The position numbers and the translations under genes are program-made. Shown here in pieces: positions 63,213 through 64,000 of a stretch of 64,000 bases of DNA. Where the stretch lies: the NCBI GenBank assembly GCA_965208835.1, contig OZ242358.1:608001-672000 (forward strand), written 5' to 3'. Under the pieces are notes generated by a model. The model had not been told where the DNA came from. It saw nothing but the letters and a program-made list of their open reading frames with translations, and did no database searches. Source of the stretch: Candidatus Latescibacterota bacterium. GTDB lineage: Bacteria > Latescibacterota > UBA2968 > GCA-2709665. Every line of letters starts with the position of its first letter. The first letter of the stretch is position 1.

Positions 63213-64000
63213 ATGGCGAGTCCTGCCGGGCAACGCGAAGCCAAGCTAGCCGGCGCGAAATTGGCGATACGCGGGGTTTCGGCGCGCGCCCTGAGCGCAG
63301 GCCTGGGAATTGCCGCACTGCACAATTTCTGGAGCCTGCACTCGCTCTATATCATCCGGGGATCATGGCTGAACCGGACCCATTTCCCCATGGGCGTGTT
63401 CGTCACATTCCTGATCCTCGTCCTGGCGACTCCGGTCCTTCGTCGCTTCGTTCCCAGATTGGCGCTGTCCGGCCCTGAACTCCTGGTGGCGCTGTGTGCG
63501 GGCCTGGCGGGGGGTATGGTGCCGACATTCGGTCTGTCCACGACCTGGATCGGCATGCTGGCCATCCCGCATTATCTCGCCACGCCGGAGAATCAGTGGG
63601 GAGAGTACCTCCTGCCCCACGTGCCCGGATGGATGGTGCCGTCCAACGCGCAGGGAGCCATGAGATGGCTCTTCGAGGGTCTTCCCCCCGGTGAAGGGAT
63701 TCCCTGGGGCGAATGGGCCGTTCCCCTCTTCTGGTGGACGGCGCTGTTGGGCGGGATGGCGCTGGTTTCGTTCTGTACGGTTGCGGTGCTACACCGGCAG
63801 TGGTCCGGGCACGAACGGCTGGCTTATCCCATTCCCTCGGTGGCCGCGGACATGGCGGAGGGCGCGGCAGGCAGAGGCGAATGGGCGGGGCTGTTGCGGA
63901 ACCGGATGTTCATCGCGGGATTGTCGGTCGCGCTGGCGATCAAGGTCTGGAACCTGGTGCCCGCGTTCGTACACGGATTCCCGATGATCCGTTTGTTTCA
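63213..64000 (+). CDS. Second DUF6785-like membrane protein (truncated by the window edge)
   Basis: Frame open from ATG 63213 to the end: MASPAGQ...GVSARAL...IPHYLATPENQWGEYLLPHVPGW...IPWGEW...RQWSGHERLAYP. Paralogous to 56483-58447. Absent from the ORF track because there is no stop codon. Confidence 0.85.
   Translation, partial: MASPAGQREAKLAGAKLAIRGVSARALSAGLGIAALHNFWSLHSLYIIRGSWLNRTHFPMGVFVTFLILVLATPVLRRFVPRLALSGPELLVALCAGLAGGMVPTFGLSTTWIGMLAIPHYLATPENQWGEYLLPHVPGWMVPSNAQGAMRWLFEGLPPGEGIPWGEWAVPLFWWTALLGGMALVSFCTVAVLHRQWSGHERLAYPIPSVAADMAEGAAGRGEWAGLLRNRMFIAGLSVALAIKVWNLVPAFVHGFPMIRLF

Overview
A GC-rich (roughly 60-65%) bacterial window. The gene content suggests a diderm FCB-group organism such as Latescibacterota or a Gemmatimonadota relative, possibly host-associated (inference only). 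The evidence is T9SS-type C-terminal domains, PorV, a SusD-less TonB receptor, GWxTD, dockerin and cohesin modules, many heparinase II/III paralogues and Fn3 arrays. Layout: (1) 1-345 is a 45-bp polypyrimidine tandem repeat. (2) 327-11924 is a minus-strand run of hydrolases and acetyltransferases. (3) 12105-12729 is an AT-rich control region in front of a 2483-aa protein with 24 Fn3 domains and a dockerin, followed by a cohesin-CTD gene. (4) 21833-36676 is an envelope cluster: OMP, TonB receptor, CTD cargo, PorV, two FGE-fold lipoproteins, TPR, CRTAC1 and GWxTD. (5) 36794-56261 holds glycan-catabolism genes plus a CNNM protein, an orphan methyltransferase and a dockerin-S55 peptidase. (6) 56483 to the end is an uncharacterised membrane system (DUF6785-like proteins and a pseudo-M28/FtsX fusion). 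Best candidate for an undescribed system: a leader peptide containing a C16 tract, whose alternative frame reads through two intrinsic terminators and stops just inside the start of the giant Fn3 gene. This looks like a slippage-controlled attenuation switch for a probably disulfide-stapled adhesin anchored by a dockerin-cohesin-CTD adaptor. No rRNA, tRNA, CRISPR array or transposase was recognised. All family assignments come from reading motifs by eye, not from database searches.
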